Notes: generated by a model not told the origin, from the letters alone. A stretch of 64,000 nucleotides of DNA from Octopus sinensis (GCF_006345805.1 NC_043012.1:8308001-8372000); one strand, 5' to 3'; shown: positions 12,518-24,226, counted from the stretch's first letter. Numbers and translations are program-made.

Positions 12518-12643
12518 TGAGAGAGAGACAGGGTTAATAATGGATTGAGAAAGAGAGAAATAATTATACTGGTGTGTGTGTGTTGTTGTTGTGTGTGTGT
12601 GTGTGTGTGTTGTGTGTGTGTGTGTGTGTGTGTGTTTGTGTGT

Positions 12644-12678
<35 letters not shown>

Positions 12679-12802
12679 ATATTGAGATAGAGAAAGAGTT
12701 AATATTCAGAGAGTAAAAGATAGAGACAAAGACAGGGGTAATGATAAAACACAAACATATATAAAACTATATAGGTTCATATATATAGATATATATACAC
12801 AA

Positions 12803-12845
<43 letters not shown>

Positions 12846-13123
12846 CCCATATATATTTATGCATGCATAACTATATACATACATATATATATTTATACAT
12901 GCATAATTACATACATACATATATATATATGCATATATATATAGAATTATTTATACATGCATAAATACACACACACACACACACATATATATATACCTAT
13001 ATATATTTATACATGCATAACTACATACATACATATATATATAGAATATTTATACATGCACAAATACATACACACACATAGACACACACACACACACATA
13101 TATATATATAATTATATATATAA

Positions 13124-14035
13124 AATGAGATAGGGGTTGAAAATTCAAGCCACCATGGGAAATATATATCCAATATACTGCTAGATAGGTACCCAACAAA
13201 ATTAATACATAGATGTTAAAAATTGTCAAACAATCAGTTCATCTATGCATTATATGGGTAAAGGTAATAATATTACCGTAAATTAATACTACAAAATTAG
13301 AGAATGGAGAAATATACTTACATCAGTAAAACATCAATATCGATGAAACTCAATCCATACTTTAATACACCATTACATTAGTAAAGGCAATACATAAAAT
13401 GAAATGAGATATACAGTAATAGTAAAAAGATAAAAGATATAAGTAAAAAATTTTCAAATATGATATGCAAATAGATCAAAACTGACACTGTTTCGGCAGT
13501 GAGGACAGTCATACCTCATTTAACCTATAAGCCATAAAGGCAGGTATAAATGAGGCATTAACAAGGATGCCCCACGGCCTCTTCAGAGAATTAAATTAAA
13601 TTTGTTATAATAGTGAAAATATATACAATCATATACATATAAATATAAAAATATAAAAATGTAAAATATAAAAACTTATACATCATAATGCTACACTTAT
13701 ATAATAAATACACATTTGTACAAAAAGGAAGGTAAACGAACAAAATAAAACAAAATATATAATAGTGTATATATTAATATCAATAAGTACCGATATTATA
13801 CATATTTGGCTAATAGTTTTTTTTAAAAATATATATAAAAAAGAGCTAACATATATGGAGATGAAAAACAATACTTAATCTCTTTATCTTTTTACTATTA
13901 CTGTATATCTCATTTCATTTTATGTATTGCCTTTACTAATATGTAATGGTGTATTAAAGTATGGATTGAGTTTCATCGGATAGTTGATGTTTTACTGATT
14001 TAAGTATATTTCTCCATTCTCTAATTTTGTAGTAT
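13124..14035. mobile_element. Probable Penelope-like remnant with ~160-bp inverted arms
   Basis: 13286-13445 is the reverse complement of 13872-14035 (high identity). The spacer contains a hammerhead motif and both flanks are (TA)n. Confidence 0.6.
13478..13592 (-). ncRNA. Type I hammerhead ribozyme with extended stem II
   Basis: Minus strand reads CTGAAGA-GGC...GCC-GAAA-C(AGT)G-TC, a complete core with a GUC triplet. Stem II extends as GGCcGTGGGG/CCTCACtGCC plus a ~15-bp inner hairpin (tgcctcatttatacct/aggttaaatgaggta). Stem I is weak (2 bp, 2 mismatches, 2 bp). Confidence 0.6.
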
Positions 14036-14044
14036 ATATATATA

Positions 14045-14075
<31 letters not shown>

Positions 14076-14224
14076 ACCGTATAGGAGCAGCTTTGAAATG
14101 TACGTTATGAGGTTACTACCCAGATGATATTGAAATAAATACATATATCTGTGTGTGTGTGTGTGTGTAATGGTAAATAGAAAGATATTTAGAAAGATAT
14201 AGAGCGAAAGAGAAAGAGGGATGG

Positions 14225-14258
<34 letters not shown>

Positions 14259-14824
14259 AAAGAGGGAGGGATAAGAGAGAGAGAGAGAGATAATGAGAAG
14301 TGAGTGGGGGGTAGGGTTGGGAGGTGAGAGACCCAGGGAGGAAGGAAGTGGTTAGTGTTGTTGTAACTAATATTGTTGATGATAATGATGATTAATTGCA
14401 CGTCATAACATACCACCGCCGCCACCGACACCGCCACCGACACCGCCACCGACACCACCACCACCACCACCACCTCCATTGCCGCCGCCGCCACCACCAC
14501 CTTTACTACAATAACTATCGCCGCCATTAATATAATTACCGTTCCCAACCACTGCCATAATAGCAACCACAATCACCGCCGCCCCCAACACGACCACCAC
14601 CACCACTACAACCTAATCACCACCTATACCACTGCAACTAGTGAAATCACTACAACTACAACCACCACCACCACCACCACCACTTATTGCTACTACCAAT
14701 ACCGCAATAATACCACCAGAACCATCACGGTGCTTCTATGTGGTTGCTCAGAGTACAAGAAATAACAGTCGAATTTCCCTTCAATCGCGGCATATTATCT
14801 TACAATGAGATATGACATAATCTA

Positions 14825-15384
14825 TTGGGTTGTCCGGAAAGTTCGTGCCGATTTATTGTAGCTTACCTTTCGACTTATTTTAGAACATGGTTGAGTCCAT
14901 GAAATAGGATTTGACTACACCTCCATTTAGAGCGCAGTTTAAGCTATATTTTCGTGGAAGAAGGTTTATGTTCCTATAACCTTTGTTAATTCTGTAACCC
15001 TTTAAAATGGAAGATAAGAAAGTTCATTTTCGACACTTGATGCTTTGGGAACCAGACAAAAATTGCTGCAGCTCGGCTGGAATGTGTTACCCCACCCTCC
15101 ATATTCACCAGATATTGCTCCTTCGGATTTCCACTTATTCAGGTCTCTGCAGAATAGTCTTAATGGTAAAAATTTCAATTCCTTGGATGACGTAAAAAGA
15201 AACCTTGATGAATTCTTTGCCATGAAACCACCTCAATTCTGGGAGGAGGGTATTTTCAAGTTAAAGGAAAAATGCATTGTGCAACAAAATGGTTCATATT
15301 TGGTTGATTAGAAATGTAATGGCAAGTACTTATTGACCTTTTTCTTTCCTTTAAAAATCGGTACGAACTTTCCGGACAACCCAA
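14825..15384 (+). mobile_element. Internally deleted mariner (Tc1/mariner) transposon
   Basis: 30-bp TIRs TTGGGTTGTCCGGAAAGTTCGTGCCGATTT / AAATCGGTACGAACTTTCCGGACAACCCAA (one mismatch) with TA on both sides. Confidence 0.93.
15007..15311 (+). pseudogene. Mariner transposase remnant: N-terminus fused out of frame to C-terminus
   Basis: MEDKKVHFRHLMLW is joined to QKLLQLGWNVLPHPPYSPDIAPSDFHLFRSLQNSL, the mariner YSPDLAPxD motif; the central region is missing. Confidence 0.9.
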
Positions 15385-15630
15385 TACTTAGTTGTGAGAT
15401 ATACCCAACGAAAGACGGGACGGTCATGCCAGGGATCCCATTGATTATAGGTTGACTAATTCAATGTTGACTTAGAGCCAAAACAACAATTTCTTTATGT
15501 ACTGTTCGGTCAGCACTCCTACTGTGACTATCCCCTTTGAATATATCAATGTGATTTTCTTGGGTTAGAAAGTGTGAGCAACAAACTTTACTGTTGGCTG
15601 TCCCGTAGATAATGCGATGATAATGTATGT

Positions 15631-15837
15631 ATTTCTTTCTCTTTTACTTGTTTCAGTCATTTGACTGCAGCCATGCTGGAGCACCGCCTTTAGTCGAGCA
15701 AATCGAGCCCAGGACTTATTCTTTGCAGGCCTAGTACTTATACTATCGGTCCGTTTTTGCCGAACCGCTTAGTGACGGGGACGTAAACACACCAGCATCG
15801 GTTGTCAAGCTATTTTGGGGGGACAAACACAGACACA

Positions 15838-15868
<31 letters not shown>

Positions 15869-15877
15869 CACACACAA

Positions 15878-15943
<66 letters not shown>

Positions 15944-16008
15944 CGACAGGCTTCCTTCCCGGAACCATGTGGTTGGTAAGCAAGCTACTTACAACACAGC
16001 CACTCCTG
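15631..16008 (-). mobile_element. SINE-B with internal deletion
   Basis: Both modules and the internal (CA)/(TA) tract are present; about 95 bp of the left module is missing. Confidence 0.88.
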
Positions 16009-16069
16009 TATGTATGTATGTATGTATGTATGTGCTCTTCTCTTTCTCTTTTTAATTTTGAGTATATTT

Positions 16070-16581
16070 CGACCGGTTACCTTCTTAGGGGCAAGATTGT
16101 GAAGGAAAGCATCTTGTTTTGCTCATCATCCTTTAAATCTTAAGAAGGTCTTGCAGATTTTTTATAGTCCTTGATATCGTTATCATTTGTAGAGCATGAA
16201 TTAAGGATTTACGTTCTCTCCCCGAGAAACCAATCACAGCCATACTTTGCTCCAGGCAGTTTGGTATGTATGCTGTTGCTCCAATAATAATAGGTATAAA
16301 ACTGAAAGGATATATTGGCTAACTCCTTATTAGCGCTCCATAGATATCCTCTTTCTCTTGTACTTTTCTAACGACATTGGTGTCCAGAGAGCAGCTGATT
16401 TCTACAACAGAACATATCTCTTCGTTGTAGTCCCACACCACGATATCTGGTCGGTTGTATTTTAACTTGGTGACTGTTTAATTCGTAAGTTCCACCGATA
16501 TTTTTTTTTGACCCATCAACCTCAGTATAGTCAACTTCGTCTTTAGGTGTTTTCTTTTTCGGTATCCAATTCTAGACCTGC
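16070..16581 (-). mobile_element. R4/Dong-like (RLE-type) non-LTR retrotransposon 3' remnant
   Basis: Minus strand gives IKTVTKLKYNRPDIVVWDYNEEICSVVEISCSLDTNVVRKVQEKEDIYG..FIPIIIGAT, a PD-(D/E)xK restriction-like endonuclease, with stops. Confidence 0.75.
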
Positions 16582-16767
16582 ATGTATGCATGTATGTATG
16601 CATGCATGTCAGGTCACTCGTAGTGCTACTAGCAATATGTAACCATTACAACATGTCGCATGGTAGGGCCGTCGCATGTAAACTGTCAACCCTACCAAGC
16701 CTGCTTGGTTAGGAGAGTGGTTTTCGTTGGACACGCCAGCAAAAAGAAAACCTGTGAAAAGACAAAC

Positions 16768-17174
16768 GAGTGGCTGTGTGGTAAGTAGCTTGCTAAGCAA
16801 CCACATGGTTCCGGGTTCAGTCCCACTGCGTGGCATCTTGGGCAAGTGTTTTCTGCTATAGTCCCGGGCCGACCAATGCCTTGTGAGTGGATTTGGTAGA
16901 CGGAAACTGAAAGAAGCCTGTCGTATATATGTATGTATGTATGTTTGTGTGTATGTGTTTGTGTGTCTGTGTTTGTCTCCCCAACATCGCTTGACAACCA
17001 ATGCTGGTGTGTTTACGTCCCCGTTACTTAGCGGTTCGGCAAAAGAGACCGATAGAATAAGTACTGGGCTTACAAAGTATAAGTCCCGGGGTCGATTTGC
17101 TCGACTAAAAGGCGGTGCTCCAGCATGGCCGCAGTCAAATGACTGAAACAAGTAAAAGAGTAAAGAGAAAAGAG
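16768..17174 (+). mobile_element. SINE-B, full length
   Basis: tRNA-like head GAGTGGCTGTGTGGTAAG..GGTTCAGTCCC, CORE-like CTTGGGCAAGTG, internal microsatellite, right module and (AAGAG)-like tail. Confidence 0.92.
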
Positions 17175-17529
17175 AACTCAGCAGAGTCAATAGCCAACCA
17201 ACAGCTGAGAGCGAGAGACCCTTAATCTTTATTTAGACATCTCTCTGGAAGGAATTTCTGAAATAAGACCCACCTCATTGCGAAGCTGGAGATCTTGCTC
17301 GTGCTCGTTTCTGGGACTACTTGATTTTGTTAGGTGAAAGTCTTGGAGACGTTGTGCAAACTGTTATTGATTTGAAATGTCAGCACGAGCATTGCTGACA
17401 GCCATTGTCTATAACATCTAGGGTAAGATCATTTGTCAGAGATGGTCATACTTGTCTACGAGCTGACAGCTATCATGTACGTACATACATACGTATACGT
17501 GTATGTATGTATGTATGTATGTATGTATG

Positions 17530-17554
<25 letters not shown>

Positions 17555-17561
<7 letters not shown>

Positions 17562-17760
17562 GTTAATCCAAACAAGAAAACAAAAAAAAACACAGCAACA
17601 CGAGGACGGGAACAAATAAAGTATTATTGGGACGCTCAGGAAGAAGGGAGAAGGAGGGGTTTAACGTTTCGAGCGGAGCTCTTCGTCGGAAACAAAGGAG
17701 AAGGAAAGATCCCGAGAAGGGAAGACAGAGGAAAAAAAATTGCTGGCGGTGCTCACGAGA
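17555..17760 (-). mobile_element. Penelope-like remnant, subfamily 1, hammerhead core mutated (CCGACGA) at 17659-17693
   Basis: Homologous to 1783-1975. Confidence 0.55.
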
Positions 17761-18474
17761 TGTATGTGTATATGTGTGTATGTATGTGTATTTGTATGAG
17801 AGACGTTTTTTTTTTATGTATAACAGTGGCCAAAGCAGTCAATATAACGCGTAGACTTTAGCTGCATTTATTCATTTGGAACCTTAAGTTACTACTTCGA
17901 GTTTCATGTTTCGCGATTTCTTGATCGCTTCAGACAGTAATTGTTGATCTATAAAAGAAATGAAAAATAAGCATTTTTTTTAAAAAACGAAAAAAAAAAT
18001 CCAAATCCACTTGCGCCTCGATCTCAAAGTTTCATTGGTTAATCAACATCATGTGAGTCCCCAGTGAAAGAATACTTAGCTATAACTGGAAAAAATATCA
18101 GAAAATACAAAAGCAGAAAAGAACACTTTGTTTTTAAGAGGACATAAGTGTACTTCAGTTAATAAGGTACTTCACGTTTAACTTGAATTTTGATGATTGA
18201 GAATTTCTCAGTAATCTAAGTGTTTAAATAATTTGCCATTCAAACAGGCCGGGCGCACGAATTTTCTGAAGAGTGAGTGGCATGTATTTATGACATGATA
18301 TAAAGCTCCTCCCTTGGTATTTAGGATACTACTGGATAGAATGAAGCCCGAAAGTTTTTCAGTTGCATCGTCTTTATTTCCCTCAAATTTGTATTGGTCC
18401 AGGGGTTTTCAACTGTTTTTTTATCTATCGACCCCTTTGATTTTATTATGGTGGAACTCCACAACCATTCGATG

Positions 18475-18506
<32 letters not shown>

Positions 18507-18540
18507 CATACATACATACATACATACATACATACATACA

Positions 18541-19580
18541 AGACAAGATAACAAAAAAGAAAATGCCTACAAACGAAGTTGACTATATTGGAACCGAGAG
18601 GTCAAAAGAATATTGAGAGAATCTAGAAATTAAAACAGCCACCAAGTTAAAACACAACCGGCCAGATATCGTTGTGTGGAACCACAGCGAAGTGGAGGCG
18701 CAATGGCCCTGTGGTTAGGGCAACAGACTCGCGGTCGTAAAAACGCGGTTTCGCTTCCCAGACCGGGCATTGTGAGTGTTTATTGAGCAAAAACACCTAA
18801 ACTCTACGAGGCTCAGGCGGGGGGGGGGTGGGGGGTGAACCCCGCTGTACTCTTTCACCACAACTTTCTCTCACTCTTTCTTCCTACTTCTGTCACAAAG
18901 CAGAGGAACCATGGTGCAACCCACTATGGTGTGGTAAACTTTCAGACCCTAGTCTAGACTGCGAATCCTCTGTACACCAGGATGGTTCAGCTCTCCATCC
19001 GTTAAAAGCCACCGTTTACGGAATGAGGATAACAACGTAGCTTTCGCGCCCGAGCAACCGCCAGTCTATCGCGTGTGGTGGGTGGATCTTCAAGTTGTCA
19101 CACACATTCTTAGTAGCTTAGAGTAGACTCGAATCAGAGATTATTCTTTGTGGCTAATGGCGTGAGTCCTGATTAGAAGAAGCAGAAGAAGAAGAAGAAG
19201 AAGAAGAAGAAGAAGAAGAAGAAGAAGAAGGAGGAGGAGGAGGAGGAGGAGGAGGAGGAGGAGGAGGAGGAGGGGCAACAGTGAAAAGATATGTTCTGTT
19301 GTAGAAATCAACTGTCAATGTGGTTAGAAAGAGGACATCTATGGACCATTGATGAGAGTTTGCAAATCCCGTACCCAAGATACACTTTCAGTTTCAAACC
19401 TATTATTATTGGAACAACAGGATAAATGCCAGCCTGTCCTAGAGCAAAGAATGGCTGTACTTAGGATCTTAGGGAGAGAACTTAAATCCTTAATTCATAT
19501 GCTACAAATAATCACGATAAACTGAGACTATGGACTGATCAAAATCTACTCTAAAATTAAAAAGATAAAAAGAACATTAT
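18541..19580 (+). mobile_element. Second R4/Dong-like RLE remnant, split by an insertion at 18692-19277
   Basis: 18541-18691 gives IKTATKLKHNRPDIVVWNHSE; 19278-19580 continues KICSVVEINC..EDIYGPLMR..FSFKPIIIGTTG and aligns to 16070-16581. Confidence 0.75.
18692..19277 (+). mobile_element. Chimeric retroposon: SINE-C head, unrelated ~270-bp body, (GAA)n(GGA)n tail
   Basis: SINE-C identity holds only to ~18895. The insertion is bounded by acagcgaa (18684-18691) and acagtgaa (19278-19285), and the host reading frame resumes after it. Confidence 0.7.
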
Positions 19581-19974
19581 TTTGCAGATATAGGAGCGTT
19601 CATAATTGCTACATTACAAATGAGTGAGAGTGTGTGACAACGCATAATGTCACATATGTCAAGCTACATGCTTAAAGCTACACTTTAATATCATATATTT
19701 TGTTCCGTTAAAGGATTCTCAGAAAAACGCCGTAGCTGAAAGGCGAAGCGACGAAACATAGAACGGATGTTCTAAGGTTTGGAAGAGCGTGTATTCACAC
19801 ACACACACACACACACCATATATATATATTAGTCAGTAAATGGTGGGGTTGTATTAACCGCACGTGGGGAAATGATAGGAGAGGAAAAATTATAAGGCAG
19901 AATGCTAAGCTGAATGTAAATTTTAATAAAAACGGGCGTATGAAAAATTAAAAAAGAACAAAATTATAAATCAA

Positions 19975-20195
19975 ACAGCAGTAATTGTATTCACCTCAAT
20001 AGACGTCATTGATTGGCTGAAATTGCCGATATACAAGAAATTAAACAAGAAATAGCTTACAAACTACATCATTTTCTCAAGAACGCCAAGAGAAAAAGAT
20101 GTTTTATGTGACACAATTCTACAAGTATACGAAGTTTAAAAGTGTTTAGTTACAAAGAAATTATTTTAAAAATCTACCGGTCAGAGTGAAAAGAT
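19975..20195 (+). mobile_element. Diverged right half of the GGATC-TIR MITE family
   Basis: cacctcaatagacgtcattgattgg..gccaagagaaaaagatgtttta..gtatacgaagtttaaaa..gaaaagattc. Confidence 0.75.
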
Positions 20196-20507
20196 TCTCT
20201 CTCTCTATATATATATATTTATAGCAATAAGAAAATGGAGGGGATCAATAGATGGTTCATCAATTTTTAGACATCATATTATGTCAAATTATTTATGTAT
20301 TTACTAAACTAACAATTACAAGAATATACATACATGTATAACATATTATGCTTTACATATAAAATATATTAATGTATAAAGGTACCAGTAATTATTGCAA
20401 TATAACATACAGGAATGTAAATTGGGAAATATATGTGTGTGTGTATGTATGCATACGTAGATAAATACATTCATACATATGTCAAACTTGTGGAGTGCGT
20501 GTGTGTG

Positions 20508-20542
<35 letters not shown>

Positions 20543-20547
<5 letters not shown>

Positions 20548-20715
20548 GGAGCATGGCCTAGTCGTTAGGGTGTTGTACTCACGATTGTTAGATCGTGGTT
20601 TTGATTCACAGACCGGTGGTGCGGTACATTCTTGAGCAAAACACTTCCTTGCTCCAGTTCATTCGGCTGTAAACGAGTAACCCTGCGATGGAGAGGCAGC
20701 CTGTTGAGGGATAAT
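20543..20715 (+). mobile_element. SINE-D head with alternative tail (D2)
   Basis: GTGAAGGAGCATGGCCTAGTCGTTAGGG..TTCTTGAGCAAAACACTT..TCCAGTTCATTCGGCTG, then ccctgcgatggag instead of tail 1. Confidence 0.65.
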
Positions 20716-20739
20716 GTTGGCCTACTCGAGTAATCAGCG

Positions 20740-21360
20740 GAGGTGACATGTGTCTTTGTGTCTGTGTTTGTCCCCCAACACCGCTTGACAACTTAGCGGT
20801 ACGGCAAAAGTAACCGATAGAATCAGTACCAGGCTTAGCAAAAAAGGATCTTTTCGGTTTGAACGGCAGTTTTTTCTAGCGGTATCATATGAAATTGTCA
20901 CCCATAACTATGACCCTAGTATCGATCTATTGCATTTCAATCTATTTTAGGGTTAGGGTTAGGATTAGGGATGGTGGAAGGGTATCTTTTTTTCTTCAGA
21001 AATGTAAATAAACCCAATCTGTTTCTTAAACGAGGGACGTATTCATACGGCACAGAATGTTTTCACCTCAATAGACGGTCATTGATTGGTTGAAATTGCA
21101 GATATTGGAAGGAAAGAAACAACAAATATCTTACAAACTATAGAATTTTCTCAAGAAAGCCAAGAGAAAAAGATGTTTTACAAACACATTCTACCAGTAT
21201 ACGAAGTTAAAATTTTTTAGTTACCTAGAAATTATGTTAAAAACTGCCGTTCAAACCGAAAAGATCCAAAAAAAATTAAGTACTGGGGTCGATTCACTCG
21301 ACTAAAACATATTCTTCAAGACGGTGCTCCAGTATGACCGTAGTCTAATGACCGAATAGG
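20740..21360 (+). mobile_element. SINE-B 3' half interrupted by MITE
   Basis: The right-module sequence resumes after 21267 (taagtactggggtcgattcactcgactaaa..ggtgctccagtatgacc). Confidence 0.8.
20846..21267 (+). mobile_element. MITE with ~29-bp GGATC TIRs and internal (TTAGGG)n, copy 1
   Basis: GGATCTTTTCGGTTTGAACGGCAGTTTTT ... AAAACTGCCGTTCAAACCGAAAAGATCC, with A-run flanks. Confidence 0.9.
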
Positions 21361-21759
21361 CAAGGTATGCAACACCTAACAATGGCACTATACTAACGAT
21401 AACATATAAAATGGAAATAGATTTCTAAACCTGGAATCAATGTAGAATTCAATAAATTGTTATTATTTTGATATCAGATAAAGAACAATTACACATATCT
21501 TGAAAGCTCGCTGTATAAAACCATGCGTTACACTTTAAAATACCTCCAAACGAAAATACAGTGCGTCCATCTTTGCAATGTAATAGGAATTGTGTTAAGG
21601 AAGGCTGAAATAATGGTGTCTTCGTTAAGTGACTAAAACTATGTATGTATGGATATGTGTATTTGTGTGTATGTGTGAGTGTGTATTTGGCTGTATGTGG
21701 GCTAGCTTTTCTTTTTTTTATGACTGAGAAATATTGGTGATGGTAGTATGTTCATGTGT

Positions 21760-21950
21760 GTGTGTGTGTGTGTGTATGTGTGTAAATACGACGGTGCCGA
21801 AATACAGACATGTAGACTTTACTGTGGTTGTATGTACAATTGTGTTTACGTTTGTTTACATGTGTACGTAGTGCGACCCAACTAGCTTCCATCCCTCGTT
21901 ATAGATGTACACACACGCACACACTGTGTATACTTGTGTGCGTGTGTATA

Positions 21951-21986
<36 letters not shown>

Positions 21987-22096
21987 CTTGTGTATAACAT
22001 ATATATATATATATATCTTATTATATGTGTATATATATATATATATGTATATCTATTACACACACATATATATATATACTGTGTATACTTGTGTGC

Positions 22097-22135
<39 letters not shown>

Positions 22136-22188
22136 GATATATATATTATATATTATATATATGTTATATATATATAATATATATCTTA

Positions 22189-22237
<49 letters not shown>

Positions 22238-22359
22238 GTATATATATACACACACATATATATATACATATGTATATATATATACACACACACACATATA
22301 TATATACATATGTGTATATATAAATATATATGCATATACGTATATATAAATATAGATGT

Positions 22360-22402
<43 letters not shown>

Positions 22403-22439
22403 ATAAATTAGATGTCTATATATATATATATATATATAG

Positions 22440-22490
<51 letters not shown>

Positions 22491-22530
22491 CATATATGTA
22501 TATATATTTAAATGTATTATATATAATTAT
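21760..22530. repeat. Long compound (TA)n/(TG)n microsatellite
   Basis: Direct reading. Confidence 0.95.
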
Positions 22531-23166
22531 CTATACAGACACACACACACCCACATAAACCACTTCACTCAAATGCCTTCAAGTCTATTCAGTATTCACA
22601 CAAACCACTTCTGTTTGTTCTGTTCACTAATGGAGTTTTTTTTTTTCTCCCTTTACGTTATAGACTCACACACACACACACACACACACAAACATACACA
22701 CACTCACTCACAAGCACACGTACACACACAGACACATACATACGCACACATACGTACGCACGCACAAATGCTTTACTTGTCTCTTCTCTCTTCCCACACT
22801 TCTTCATATAATACAAGCCTACAGACTTCCATGCGCACACATACTAATTTAGTGTGTGTGTATATGTTTGAGTTCGTGTGTATATTTGAGTATGTGTATG
22901 TGTGCGTGTGTGTGTGTTTATATGCCTATTGCTGTCAGTATATGAACTGACATTGATTTATGTATGTGTTTTATAAGCTTGTTTATGCTTTGCTGTTTTC
23001 TTTTTTTTTTTGTTCTTGTAGTTTCATTGTTATTGCTGTTGTTTTGCTCTAAGGCGGCTCTGGTCGAACAAACTATGATCAAGAACGCTCCAACTGTGAC
23101 CTTCCCTGCTTTTTTTCCTAGTCTAAATTACCTCATCCCCCCTCTTTTTCAAGACAGTTCTACTAA

Positions 23167-23545
23167 TACTCTTTTACTCTTTTACTTGTTTCAGTCATTT
23201 GACTGCGGCCATGCTGGAGCACCGCCTAAGTCGAGCAAATCGACCCCGGGACTTATTTTGCCGAACCGCTAAGTGACGGGGACGTAAACACACCAGCATC
23301 GGTTGTCAAGCAATGCTAGGGGGACAAACACAGACACATAAACTCACACATACATATATATATATACATATACATATATACGACAGGCTTCTTTCAGTTT
23401 CCGTCTACCAAATCCACTCACAAGGCATTGGTCGGCCCGGGGCTATAGCAGAAGACACTTGCCCAAGATGCCACGCAGTGGGACTGAACCCGGAACCATG
23501 TGGTTGGTTAGCAAGCTACTTTCCACACAGCCACTCCTGCGCCTA
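23167..23545 (-). mobile_element. SINE-B, full length
   Basis: Reverse complement of the 16768-17174 architecture. Confidence 0.92.
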
Positions 23546-23607
23546 TATATAATGTGTATGTATATGTGTAAATGTGTGCATATGTGTATATATTTGTATG
23601 CGTCTAT

Positions 23608-24226
23608 ATTACTTATTTCGGTCACTGGACAGCGGCCATGCTTCAGCATCATCTTGAAGAATTTTATTCGAAGAAATCAACCTCAGTAATTACTATTATC
23701 TTTTCAAAGTCTGGTACGTAGCTTTCTTCAACTGAATACACGTCGTTGATTGGTTAAAATTATCCAAATACAACAACTTTAGCACGAAAATAACTTCTAA
23801 AATACGAAATTTTGTCCAAAACGTTCAATGTAAAACCATGTTCTGCGTGAGAAATTACACCAGTATACGAAGTAAAAAAATCTGTGAGCTAAACTGAACA
23901 GATCCTATTCTGTCGGTCTCTTATGCCGAACCTCTAAGTTACGGTGACGTAAACTAACCAACACCGGTTGTCAAGCGGTGGTGGGAAGGAACAGTGGAAC
24001 AAAGAAACAAGGCAAAGACACGTACCCTCACTCTCTCTCTTTCTCACACACACACACACACATATATATACATGACAGGCTTCTTTCAGTTTCCGTCTAC
24101 CAAATCCACCCAAAAGGCTTTGGTCGGCCCGAACCTATAACAGAAGACACTTGCCAAAGGTTCCACGCAGTGGGACTTAACTCGGAATCACGTGGTTGGG
24201 AAGCAAACTTCTTACCATGCAATCAT
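23608..24226 (-). mobile_element. Older SINE-B interrupted by a diverged MITE-like segment (23712-23906)
   Basis: SINE-B sequence lies on both sides; the insert has gttgattggttaaaatt..accagtatacgaagt and ends gaacagatcc. Confidence 0.7.

Noticed and set aside
18960-19110. Possible GIY-YIG or RT peptide on the minus strand (HAIDWRLLGRES)
   Set aside because: The resemblance is too short and no catalytic motif follows; left unassigned.
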